The translations under genes and the position numbers were made by a program. From positions 9,949 through 73,948 of the forward strand of contig JAZOSB010000026.1 in assembly GCA_045656865.1 (NCBI GenBank): DNA of 64,000 nucleotides, in the 5' to 3' direction. Source of the stretch: Clostridia bacterium (lineage in GTDB: Bacteria > Bacillota > Clostridia > UMGS1883). Positions 48,414 to 56,395 of this stretch are shown one piece after another; position 1 is the first letter of the stretch; every line of letters begins with the position of its first letter. A model generated the notes under the pieces. That model had not been told where the DNA came from. It saw only the letters and a list, made by a program, of their open reading frames with translations, and did not search any database.

Positions 48414-49241
48414 ATGGAAGAAAAACTTACCGGTTCCTTTGGCTGTAAGGAAAAGGTTTGTATACAGACGGATAAAATTTATGATTCCTGCAGAAGCAAG
48501 GAATGTATAGAATGTATGAGAGTGTACTTAACTGAAACAGGTCAGGAAATTGTTGACCGTGCAGTCGATGTAAAATGCAGAAAATCTGAAGTTATCTGGG
48601 TGTTCAGCGATGTTGAAAAAATGCCATTTAACCGCGGCTATTATACTGTTGACCTCACTTTCTTTTTCCGTGTTTCTCTCGATGTTTATACCGGAGTATC
48701 ACGCCCGGTTACTGTCGAGGGTGTTGCGACCTACAATAAAAAGGTTGTTCTTTTCGGAAGCGAGGGAAGTGCAAAAATTTTCACATCCCGTTACAAGGAA
48801 GACAGCTTCGACCCTCAGCTTTGGCAGAAAACTAATATGCCCAAGGCAGTAGTTGAAACCCTTGACCCCATTTGCCTCGGCGTAAAGGTTGCAGAACCAG
48901 GTGAAAGATGCTGTAAGTTCAGCGACGACGAAATTGATGTATGTAATATTCCCGATTGCGTTTGCAGAGTGTTCGAGGACAGATTTGTAAACTGCAGAAA
49001 CGAGCAGAAGAAGGTATATGTTTCCCTCGGTCTTTTCACTATTATAAAGCTTGAGAGAAATGTTCAGCTTCTTATTCCTGCATATGATTTCTGTATCCCC
49101 GAAAAGGAATGTGTTGCAAGCTCGCCTGATGACCCCTGCGAGATTTTTGCAAATATCAATTTCCCTATTGACGAATTTTTCCCTCCCGTTGAGGATTGCT
49201 TAAACGGAGACTCTCCTGACTGCTGTTGCGGTGATGAGTAG
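48414..49241 (+). CDS. Cysteine-rich protein of unknown function (20 Cys in 275 aa)
   Basis: The gene has a strong SD and its own terminator. Cys clusters are GCKEKVCIQTDKIYDSCRSKECIEC, RCC, VCNIPDCVC and a C-terminal DCCCGDE. I recognise no enzymatic motif. Confidence 0.7.
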   Translation: MEEKLTGSFGCKEKVCIQTDKIYDSCRSKECIECMRVYLTETGQEIVDRAVDVKCRKSEVIWVFSDVEKMPFNRGYYTVDLTFFFRVSLDVYTGVSRPVTVEGVATYNKKVVLFGSEGSAKIFTSRYKEDSFDPQLWQKTNMPKAVVETLDPICLGVKVAEPGERCCKFSDDEIDVCNIPDCVCRVFEDRFVNCRNEQKKVYVSLGLFTIIKLERNVQLLIPAYDFCIPEKECVASSPDDPCEIFANINFPIDEFFPPVEDCLNGDSPDCCCGDE

Positions 49242-49244
49242 AAT

Positions 49245-49281
49245 AACGAAGAGCCAAGTGCATTGCACTTGGCTCTTCGTT
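49245..49281. terminator. Bidirectional terminator hairpin between convergent genes
   Basis: A 17-bp perfect stem: AACGAAGAGCCAAGTGC, loop ATT, GCACTTGGCTCTTCGTT. Confidence 0.75.
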
Positions 49282-49292
49282 GTAAACCTGTC

Positions 49293-50081
49293 TTATTTGG
49301 GCTGTTTGCCGATATAAGCAAGGATACCGCCGTCAACATAAAGAATGTGACCGTTAACTGCATCAGATGCATTAGAAGCAAGGAATACCGCCGGTCCAAC
49401 AAGCTCTTCGGGGTCAAGCCATCTGCCTGCAGGTGTCTTTGCGCAGATAAAGCTGTCGAAGGGATGCTTGCTTCCGTCAGCCTGAGGCTCGCGGAGGGGA
49501 GCAGTCTGGGGAGTAGCAATGTAACCGGGTCCGATACCGTTACACTGAATGTTGAATTCACCGTACTCGGAACAGATGTTTCTTGTAAGCATCTTAAGAC
49601 CGCCCTTTGCAGCTGCTTAAGCAGATACAGTTTCTCGGGCAAGCACACTCATCATTGAGCAGATGTTTATAATCTTACCTGCACCTTTCTTGAGCATAGA
49701 GGGGATAACTGCCTTTGATACAATGAAAGGAGCGTTAAGGTCAACATCGATAACCTGTCTGAATTCTGCAGCAGTCATTTCATGCATAGGAATTCTCTTG
49801 ATGATACCTGCGTTGTTTACAAGAATGTCAATAACGCCAACTTCCTTTTCAATCTGAGCAACCATTGCATTTACAGCATCTTCGTCTGTAACGTCGCAAA
49901 CGTAACCCTTTGCATCAATACCTTCTGCCTTATAAGCTTCAATACCTTTGTCAACAAGCTCCTGCTTGATGTCATTGAATACAACCTTAGCACCTGCGTT
50001 TGCAAGACCTTTTGCAATTGCAAATCCGATACCGTAGCTTGCACCTGTTACAAGTGCAACTTTTCCGTCAAGTCTGAACAT
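49293..50081 (-). pseudogene. kduD: Gluconate-5-dehydrogenase / KduD-type SDR interrupted by an in-frame TAA at the catalytic Tyr codon
   Basis: Track ORFs 49617..50081 and 49293..49592 are in one frame. The read-through is ...NICSMMSVLARETVSA-TAA-AAAKGGLKMLTRNICSEYG, where SDRs have SAYAAAKGG. The stop is at 49617-49619. The rest (TGASYGIG, NNAG, GHILYVDGG) is intact. Confidence 0.8.
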
Positions 50082-50101
50082 AATAGTCTACCTCCAATTT
50101 A

Positions 50102-50932
50102 TTACAGTAAGTCTTTTGTTTCAATATGGTCCATATCGGTGAACTCCTGATTTTCACCGCACATAGCCCAGATGAAGGAATAAGCTTTTGTACCAACACC
50201 GCTGTGAATAGACCAGCTGGGGGAGATAACAGCTTCTTCATTGTGCATAATGATGTGTCTTGTTTCTGTGGGCTCACCCATCATATGGAATACAGCATCA
50301 TTTTCACCCATATCAAGGTAGAGATAAACTTCCATACGTCTGTCGTGAGTATGAGAGGGCATTGTGTTCCAGTTTGAGCCCGGCTCAAGCTGAGTAAGAC
50401 CCATGGAAAGCTGACAGCTCTTGATTACTTCGGGGTGGATGTACTGATTGATAACTCTCTTGTTACAATCTTCAACGCTGCCGCAGGGAACTTTCTTTGC
50501 CTTTGTAATATCAATCTTAACTGTGGGGTAAGATGTGTGAGCGGGGCAGGAAGAAATGTAGAACTTTGCAGGGTTTTCTGCGTCACAGCTCTTGAATGTG
50601 ATTTCCTTGTTACCCATACCGATATAGATACCGTCACGGGAGTTCATTTCGTATTCAACACCGTCGATTGTGATAATACCCTTACCACCGATGTTGATAC
50701 AACCCATTTCTCTTCTCTGAAGGAAATAATCTGCAGCAAGTTCCTTGCCTGCTTCCAGCTTAAGCTCTGCGAATACGGGCATAGCACCTGCTGTAATGAT
50801 TCTGTCAATATGGCTGTAAACCATTCTGGTGTTGTCCTTTGTAAAGAGGTTTGCGATATGAAATTCCTCTCTGAGCCTTTCTGTGGTATAATGCTTTGCG
50901 TCTTTTGCGTTTGATGCCTGTCTAACTTCCAT
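50102..50932 (-). CDS. kduI: 5-dehydro-4-deoxy-D-glucuronate isomerase
   Basis: KduI cupin protein of about 277 aa (MEVRQASNAKDAKHYTTERLREEF..., HTHDRRMEVY). ATG 50932 lies 10 nt after AAGGAGGA. Confidence 0.85.
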   Translation of the reverse strand: MEVRQASNAKDAKHYTTERLREEFHIANLFTKDNTRMVYSHIDRIITAGAMPVFAELKLEAGKELAADYFLQRREMGCINIGGKGIITIDGVEYEMNSRDGIYIGMGNKEITFKSCDAENPAKFYISSCPAHTSYPTVKIDITKAKKVPCGSVEDCNKRVINQYIHPEVIKSCQLSMGLTQLEPGSNWNTMPSHTHDRRMEVYLYLDMGENDAVFHMMGEPTETRHIIMHNEEAVISPSWSIHSGVGTKAYSFIWAMCGENQEFTDMDHIETKDLL

Positions 50933-51134
50933 TTTATTAAAATCCTCCTTTATATAATTACCAAATACTTCAATCTGTGTCAATGCCGCCCAAGAAAGCG
51001 GATAAGAAACCTGCTTGAAATTTACAAGCTTAACGTATGTAGTTTCTTTTGCCTCAAACTGGATTGCCTGTCCGTCAGCAATTCCTTAAAAATATCATTG
51101 CTAAATTAATTATAACATAAAAAATTTCAATGTA

Positions 51135-51164
51135 TGTTGCAAAATTTAATGTTTTTGTTGCAAA
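51135..51164 (+). repeat. Direct repeat TGTTGCAAA x2 with 21-bp periodicity (candidate AraC-type operator)
   Basis: TGTTGCAAA occurs at 51135-51143 and 51156-51164, in the kduI / AraC-regulator divergent region, 40-70 nt upstream of the regulator ATG. Confidence 0.4.
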
Positions 51165-51205
51165 TCTCACCATTAAGTGGTAAAATAAAGTCAGGAGGCG
51201 ATATT

Positions 51206-52048
51206 ATGTCTTATATGTTTGAACATTGCTATGAAGCGGTAGAATACGCAAGCCGTAATAAAAGCTTTGGATTCAACTATTCTGATACACAGAATCCCGA
51301 CCAGAATATACATATTCACGATTGCTGTGAAATACTTTTCTGTGTGGAGGGCGGTCAGAATTTCCTTATAAATGACAAAGTGTACGATGTAAATGACGGG
51401 GACCTTTTTATTATAAATCAGTTTGAAGCTCATAAAATAACCTCAGACCCCGAAAGAAAATTCAGCAGATATATTATGCAGGTGCATCCCGAGTTTTTGT
51501 ATGCTAATTCAAGCGCTAAGACAGATCTTTCCCATTGCTTTTATACAAGGGGAAAGGAGTTATCCAATAAAGTCAGCTTAAGCCGCGAAGAACAGGCAAG
51601 GCTGATTTCTCACATTAAAAAGATTGAAAATCAATATGACTATGGTGAGGATATTTTAAAAAATCTTATAGCAGTTGAAATCCTCGTTTTCGTAAACGCG
51701 GCTTTTTCACATCACGCGATGGCGGAGAAAACTTCCGGCAGTGGTGCAATAAAAAATGCCATTGACTACATAAATACTAATTTCAGTCAGCATCTTTCAC
51801 TTGATACCATTGCAGAGAATTCCTATATATCGGTGAATCAGCTTTGCAGACTGTTTAATAAATATTGCGGTACTACCGTTGCCAAATATATTACATCACG
51901 ACGTATTTCAGAGGCAAAAAAATTACTTTCTGCAGGGAAAAGCGTAACCGATACGGCGATTATGTGCGGGTTTGAAGATTACGCAAACTTTATCCGTGTG
52001 TTTAAAAAACACGTTGGAGTTACTCCGGGAAAATATAATGTAAACTAA
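51206..52048 (+). CDS. AraC family transcriptional regulator (cupin sensor plus double HTH)
   Basis: ATG 51206 follows AGGAGG. The N-terminal cupin has HIHDCCEILFCVEG. The C-terminal part is LSLDTIAENSYISVNQLCRLF ... TDTAIMCGFEDYANFIRVFKKHVGVTPGKY. It is divergent from kduI-kduD. Confidence 0.85.
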   Translation: MSYMFEHCYEAVEYASRNKSFGFNYSDTQNPDQNIHIHDCCEILFCVEGGQNFLINDKVYDVNDGDLFIINQFEAHKITSDPERKFSRYIMQVHPEFLYANSSAKTDLSHCFYTRGKELSNKVSLSREEQARLISHIKKIENQYDYGEDILKNLIAVEILVFVNAAFSHHAMAEKTSGSGAIKNAIDYINTNFSQHLSLDTIAENSYISVNQLCRLFNKYCGTTVAKYITSRRISEAKKLLSAGKSVTDTAIMCGFEDYANFIRVFKKHVGVTPGKYNVN

Positions 52049-52082
52049 AAAAGTGACTGAACGAAAGTTCAGTCACTTTTAA
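52047..52082. terminator. Bidirectional rho-independent terminator
   Basis: AAAAAGTGACTGAAC, loop GAAA, GTTCAGTCACTTTT, between convergent genes. Confidence 0.85.
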
Positions 52083-52092
52083 GTTATGTAGT

Positions 52093-52458
52093 TTAGTCAC
52101 AGTTAATCTTAAGGAGATTTTCAAGAAAGCTCTTCTTGTCATGCTCATTAAGTGCTTCGTAGCTGTACTCAAGCGCCTTGAGCTGAATTTCCTTCGCACT
52201 CTTAACGCCAAGATTTCTTACATCGCGAAGATTACCTGAATTGAGAAGGTCAACAAGCTTTCCCAAATCTTTTACACCGTGTGCCATAAGTGCGTTGTAA
52301 GAACGAACGGAAAGGTCCATATCTTTAATAGCCATATTGCAGGTTTGTGCAGTAAGGGCGATATTTACCTTCAATGTTGAAAACAACTGTCCTAACACGG
52401 GGAGAAGTCCGTAATTCTCCACGCACTTATAAAAAACTTCAATATCTATTGTACCCAT
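52093..52458 (-). CDS. Small stand-alone protein with an RNA polymerase alpha-subunit C-terminal-domain-like HhH fold
   Basis: IKDMDLSVRSYNALMAHGVKDLGKLVDLLNSGNLRDVRNLGVKSAKEI matches the alpha-CTD pattern (LSVRS.N.L...G...L..L......L...RNLG.KS..EI). The start is set at the second ATG (52458), 7 nt after GGTGG. Confidence 0.6.
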   Translation of the reverse strand: MGTIDIEVFYKCVENYGLLPVLGQLFSTLKVNIALTAQTCNMAIKDMDLSVRSYNALMAHGVKDLGKLVDLLNSGNLRDVRNLGVKSAKEIQLKALEYSYEALNEHDKKSFLENLLKINCD

Positions 52459-52498
52459 CTTCATACCACCATTTCAATAATTATCCAATCTGGTATAT

Positions 52499-52527
52499 AT
52501 TTTAACATAAAAAAATTGAATAATCAA
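52499..52527 (-). promoter_or_regulatory. Sigma-A promoter (extended -10) of the alpha-CTD-like gene
   Basis: On the minus strand: TTGATT (52527-52522), 17-nt spacer ending in TGt, TAAAAT (52504-52499). Confidence 0.5.
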
Positions 52528-52608
52528 TGTACATATTAACAAAGGTTTAGTGCATAAAATTGTTAAATATAGAGAAAATACACAATTTACAGTATATTTT
52601 TTGGAAAA

Positions 52609-53451
52609 TCAGTGACTTTTCTTATGGTATTCAGTCAGAATGGATAAACTCTGCTCAAACTTCAATCCGTACCAATATTTATCTCTTTCATCAAGAGTTT
52701 TTAAAATGCAGTCATTTACAAAATCAGATGCATTTTGTGTCGCTTCGGAAAGTGCTGCCCCTGATAAATACATCCCGATAAAAGCCGAGGCAAATAAATC
52801 ACCGCTGCCGTAAAAAACTCCGTTATAAAGTGGCTTTTCAGCCGTATAGAGTTTGTCAGTTTCTTTTTCATAAGAAACGGTTGAAATAGAATTTTCATTA
52901 TGTACTCCCGTGATAATGACCTTATCGCAAAGGGTGGAAAGCTTTTTTGCTATTTCTTTTACATTGTCCGTGTTTTTATAATTCTCAGGTAAACCGTCCG
53001 ACAGAATCATTGCTTCTGTCATATTGGGAGAAATAATGTCTGCTTTTTTGCAAAGCTCGGCAAGATTTTTCGCATAATCTTTATCAAGTCCCGAGTAGAA
53101 TTTTCCGTTGTCTGCCATGGCAGGGTCAATAAAAACGACTGTATTTTCTTTTTTGAATCGGTCAATAAAATCACTTACCGCACAAATAAGCTCATTTGAA
53201 CCGATATATCCGACGTATATTGCATCAAACTCAATCCCGAGACTTTCCCAATGATTACAAATTCCGTTAAACTCATTGTAAAGTGGATGGAAAGTATAGT
53301 TTTTGAATTCTCCTGTGTGAGTGGAAAGAACAGCGGTAGGAAGAACTACTGTTTCTGTTCCAAGTGCGGAAATAACGGGAAGTGCAACAGTTATGGAGCA
53401 CTTACCGAAACACGAAATGTCTTGAATTGTAACCAATCTTTTTTGCTTCAT
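52609..53451 (-). CDS. pdxK: Pyridoxal/pyridoxine/pyridoxamine kinase
   Basis: 280 aa ribokinase-fold protein with VTIQDISCFGKCSITVALPVISALG, VGYIGS and GSGDLFASAF. Confidence 0.8.
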   Translation of the reverse strand: MKQKRLVTIQDISCFGKCSITVALPVISALGTETVVLPTAVLSTHTGEFKNYTFHPLYNEFNGICNHWESLGIEFDAIYVGYIGSNELICAVSDFIDRFKKENTVVFIDPAMADNGKFYSGLDKDYAKNLAELCKKADIISPNMTEAMILSDGLPENYKNTDNVKEIAKKLSTLCDKVIITGVHNENSISTVSYEKETDKLYTAEKPLYNGVFYGSGDLFASAFIGMYLSGAALSEATQNASDFVNDCILKTLDERDKYWYGLKFEQSLSILTEYHKKSH

Positions 53452-53469
53452 ACAAATAACCTCTTAAAT

Positions 53470-53498
53470 ACACACATCAGCCGACGGCTGATGTGTGT
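53470..53498 (-). terminator. Hairpin between the Na/Pi transporter gene and pdxK (terminator/attenuator)
   Basis: ACACACATCAGCCG (53470-53483) pairs with CGGCTGATGTGTGT (53485-53498). The pdxK RBS AAGAGG lies immediately downstream on the minus strand. The U-tract is weak. Confidence 0.5.
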
Positions 53499-53510
53499 TT
53501 GTGAAAAACA

Positions 53511-55271
53511 TTATAAACTGTAACGCTGTTTATACATATCATAAAATTCAAAGAATTCGTTTGCACCTGTTTCCTTGACGTTGTGCAGATATTCGTGTGT
53601 CTGGAGAGAATTGTTCTCAATTTCGAGAAGACATACTGCAATATTTGAACAGTGGTCGGAAACTCTTTCGAAGTTTGCCAGAATATCAGAGAGAACAAAG
53701 CCAAGCTCAATGGTACAATTTCCTGTACGGAGTCTTTCGACATGGTTTCTTTTAATCTTGTGGTTTAACTTATCAATAATCTGTTCAAGAGGCTCAACCT
53801 TTTTTGCTACATTAAGGTCTTCATTAACAAGTGCCTCTACAGCGAGTGAGAGAATTTCACGAACAGCGTTTGCCATAATGGAAAGCTCACGCTGTGCTTC
53901 GGATGAAAAAGAAATGTTTTTGTTTCTGATTTCCTTCGCTGCATCCATAATGTTTACTGCGTGGTCTGCAACTCTTTCAACATCCCCAACAACGTGAAGG
54001 AGCTGAGAAACCTCACGGCTGTCTTTCTGTGAAAGGTCCTGCTCAGAAATCTGAAGCAGGTAAGAGCTTGTAGCATCCTCGTATTCGTCAACTTCTTTTT
54101 CATTATTAATTATTGCTTCAGCAACAGTTTCATCATATTTATCAATTAATGTTATTGCATCAAGAAGTGTTTTCTTAGATATTGCGGCCATCTCCAAAAC
54201 CGTCTGACGGCAGGTCTGTACAGCAAACGATGGAACAGAAAGGAATCTTGAATCGAGTGTTCTGAATGTCGTTTGTTTTCCTTTTTTGTGTCTGCTTTTT
54301 TCCTTTACGGAAAGAATAGTGAGCTTTTCTATAAGAGTACAGAAAGGCATAAGAATAATAGTTGACAAAACATTAAACAATGTATGAATTACCGCAATGT
54401 TAAAGGGAGAAGCGTTTGCTTCCATAAACGGAAAACCGATAACAGCATAAAGTGCATAAAATACTACACCTACAATAATTACGCCAAGCATTTTTATATA
54501 AAGGCAGGCGAGAGCAACTCTCTTGGAATCTGTGTTTCCGTTGATTGAAGACAGAATTGGTGTAATAGTTGTACCGATATTTTGTCCAAGTATAATCGGG
54601 ATAGCGGTGGAAATCGGAATGATACCTGTTCCTGCAAGTGCCTGTAAAATACCTACAGATGCAGAGGAAGACTGGATAATTGCAGTAAGAATTGTACCTG
54701 AAAGTATGCCGAGAATGGGATTCTTAAACATTAACATTGTTCTGGCAAATGCAGGAGAATCCTTGAGTCCGCTCATAGAACCGCTCATTGTTTCCATACC
54801 GAACATTAAAATAGCAAATCCGAGAAGTATTTCACCTGTATCCTTTTTCTTGTCGGTTTTGCCAACCATTGTCATTATAATACCGATTGCCGCAAGAATA
54901 GGCGTAAAGGATGATGGCTTAACAATGCGGAGAAAGAAATTGTCACCGCTTATTCCCGTAAGAGAAAGAAGCCATGCAGTAACGGTAGTGCCAATATTAG
55001 CACCCATAATTATGCTGATGGTCTGACCGAGCTTCATAATACCCGAGTTTACAAAACCTACAAGCATAACTGTTGTTGCAGAGGAGGACTGGATGATTGC
55101 TGTCACTCCAAAACCGAGGAAAAATGCCATAAGTCTGTTTGAGGTAAGTCGGCTTAATATACTTTCAAGTTTTCCGCCCGAGAGCTTTTTCAGTCCGTCA
55201 CCCATTTCATTCATTCCGTAAAGAAAAAGAGAAAGTCCTCCTATTAAGGTTAAAATGGTAAAGAAATCCAT
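53511..55271 (-). CDS. Na/Pi cotransporter family protein with C-terminal PhoU-like domains
   Basis: 586 aa with duplicated Na/Pi-II repeats (QSSSATT.. / QSSSASV..) and two PhoU-type helical repeats (VGDVERVADHAVNI, ANFERVSDHCSNIA). Confidence 0.85.
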   Translation of the reverse strand: MDFFTILTLIGGLSLFLYGMNEMGDGLKKLSGGKLESILSRLTSNRLMAFFLGFGVTAIIQSSSATTVMLVGFVNSGIMKLGQTISIIMGANIGTTVTAWLLSLTGISGDNFFLRIVKPSSFTPILAAIGIIMTMVGKTDKKKDTGEILLGFAILMFGMETMSGSMSGLKDSPAFARTMLMFKNPILGILSGTILTAIIQSSSASVGILQALAGTGIIPISTAIPIILGQNIGTTITPILSSINGNTDSKRVALACLYIKMLGVIIVGVVFYALYAVIGFPFMEANASPFNIAVIHTLFNVLSTIILMPFCTLIEKLTILSVKEKSRHKKGKQTTFRTLDSRFLSVPSFAVQTCRQTVLEMAAISKKTLLDAITLIDKYDETVAEAIINNEKEVDEYEDATSSYLLQISEQDLSQKDSREVSQLLHVVGDVERVADHAVNIMDAAKEIRNKNISFSSEAQRELSIMANAVREILSLAVEALVNEDLNVAKKVEPLEQIIDKLNHKIKRNHVERLRTGNCTIELGFVLSDILANFERVSDHCSNIAVCLLEIENNSLQTHEYLHNVKETGANEFFEFYDMYKQRYSL

Positions 55272-55310
55272 AATTTGCCCGCCTTTCTGCTTTTATTATT
55301 TACTCTTTTG

Positions 55311-55973
55311 TCAGTTGTTAAACTTTTCTGCAATAGTAACAATTTCAGAAGGATGAGAAATAATAACATCTGCGCCGCCGTTTTCTAATTCTTCGCGGTC
55401 CCTGAATCCCCAGAGAACCCCGATTGTATAAAGGTCAGCACCTTTGCCTGTTTTCATATCAGTTGCAGTATCACCTATATAAAGACATTCTTCTTTGGAA
55501 ACACCAAGCTCTTTCATTATCTCAAACACGCCTGCAGGGTCGGGCTTAAGTGCGATGCCGTCACGACCACCGTAACAAACATCCACAAGTTCACTACCAA
55601 AAAGCGCATCCGATACCTTGATAGCTGTTTCGTGGGGCTTGTTTGAAAGAATTGCAACCTTGATTCCCATTTCTTTAAGTGAGCCGAGCATATCTAAAAT
55701 TCCCTCGTATGGCTCAGTCAGGTAGAGAAAATCGTTGTCATATTTAGTATTGTATTCAAAAGCTACTTCCTCATAATAGATTTCATCAGCACCTACGGTT
55801 TGGAGCATTCTCTCAACCAATACTTTAGCACCATTACCCACAAGCTTCTTGTACACATCAGATTTAATAGTAGGGAGGCCGGCTTTTGTCAGTGCATTAT
55901 TTGCAAAATAAGTAATTGAGTTTATAGTATTTGAAACCGTTCCGTCCATATCAAAAATACATGCCTTTATCAT
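55311..55973 (-). CDS. HAD-superfamily hydrolase (phosphoglycolate phosphatase / PpaX-like)
   Basis: The motifs are FDMDGT (I), LSNK (II) and GDTATD (IV). Confidence 0.75.
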   Translation of the reverse strand: MIKACIFDMDGTVSNTINSITYFANNALTKAGLPTIKSDVYKKLVGNGAKVLVERMLQTVGADEIYYEEVAFEYNTKYDNDFLYLTEPYEGILDMLGSLKEMGIKVAILSNKPHETAIKVSDALFGSELVDVCYGGRDGIALKPDPAGVFEIMKELGVSKEECLYIGDTATDMKTGKGADLYTIGVLWGFRDREELENGGADVIISHPSEIVTIAEKFNN

Positions 55974-55984
55974 TTTGTTACTCC

Positions 55985-56392
55985 TTATCTTAAGATTTTT
56001 ATTATCCTTGTGGAAAATACAGTTGATTTTTTCGGTATTTTATCGATTATGTAAAATAAAAGCAAAACAAAAATCAGTGAACCTATAGCGGAAATATCGG
56101 CAATTACAATATTGTCGGTAAATGCATTGACTGCAAAATATGTGGCAATGCATACAATGATAGGAAGAATATATCCTATAAATGCCAAAGACATAAATGC
56201 AAGCGAATTCATCTGTATCTTTACAGTATCTCCGACCTTTGCAGAAATACCGTTTGTTGCCTCGACTATGGAGGAGGTTGGCTTGCAACCGCCCTCACAC
56301 TGTGCACAGTTTTCGCCACAGGCAGATGTCCTTTGTATTCTTACAAGGGCTTTTTTTCCTTGAAGTTCAACAACTTCTCCAATTTGTTCCAT
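55985..56392 (-). CDS. RseC/MucC family (SoxR-reducing system) membrane protein
   Basis: 135 aa with GEVVELQGKKALVRIQRTSACGENCAQCEGGC followed by two TM helices. Confidence 0.75.
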   Translation of the reverse strand: MEQIGEVVELQGKKALVRIQRTSACGENCAQCEGGCKPTSSIVEATNGISAKVGDTVKIQMNSLAFMSLAFIGYILPIIVCIATYFAVNAFTDNIVIADISAIGSLIFVLLLFYIIDKIPKKSTVFSTRIIKILR

Positions 56393-56395
56393 ATA

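Noticed and set aside
49064-49658. ORFs 49064..49648 (-, 194 aa) and 49263..49658 (+, 131 aa) overlapping the 3' half of kduD
   Set aside because: They are alternative frames of a region already explained by the kduD reading frame, which shows strong SDR similarity on both sides of the TAA. They have no RBS, run across the terminator hairpin and have low-complexity composition.
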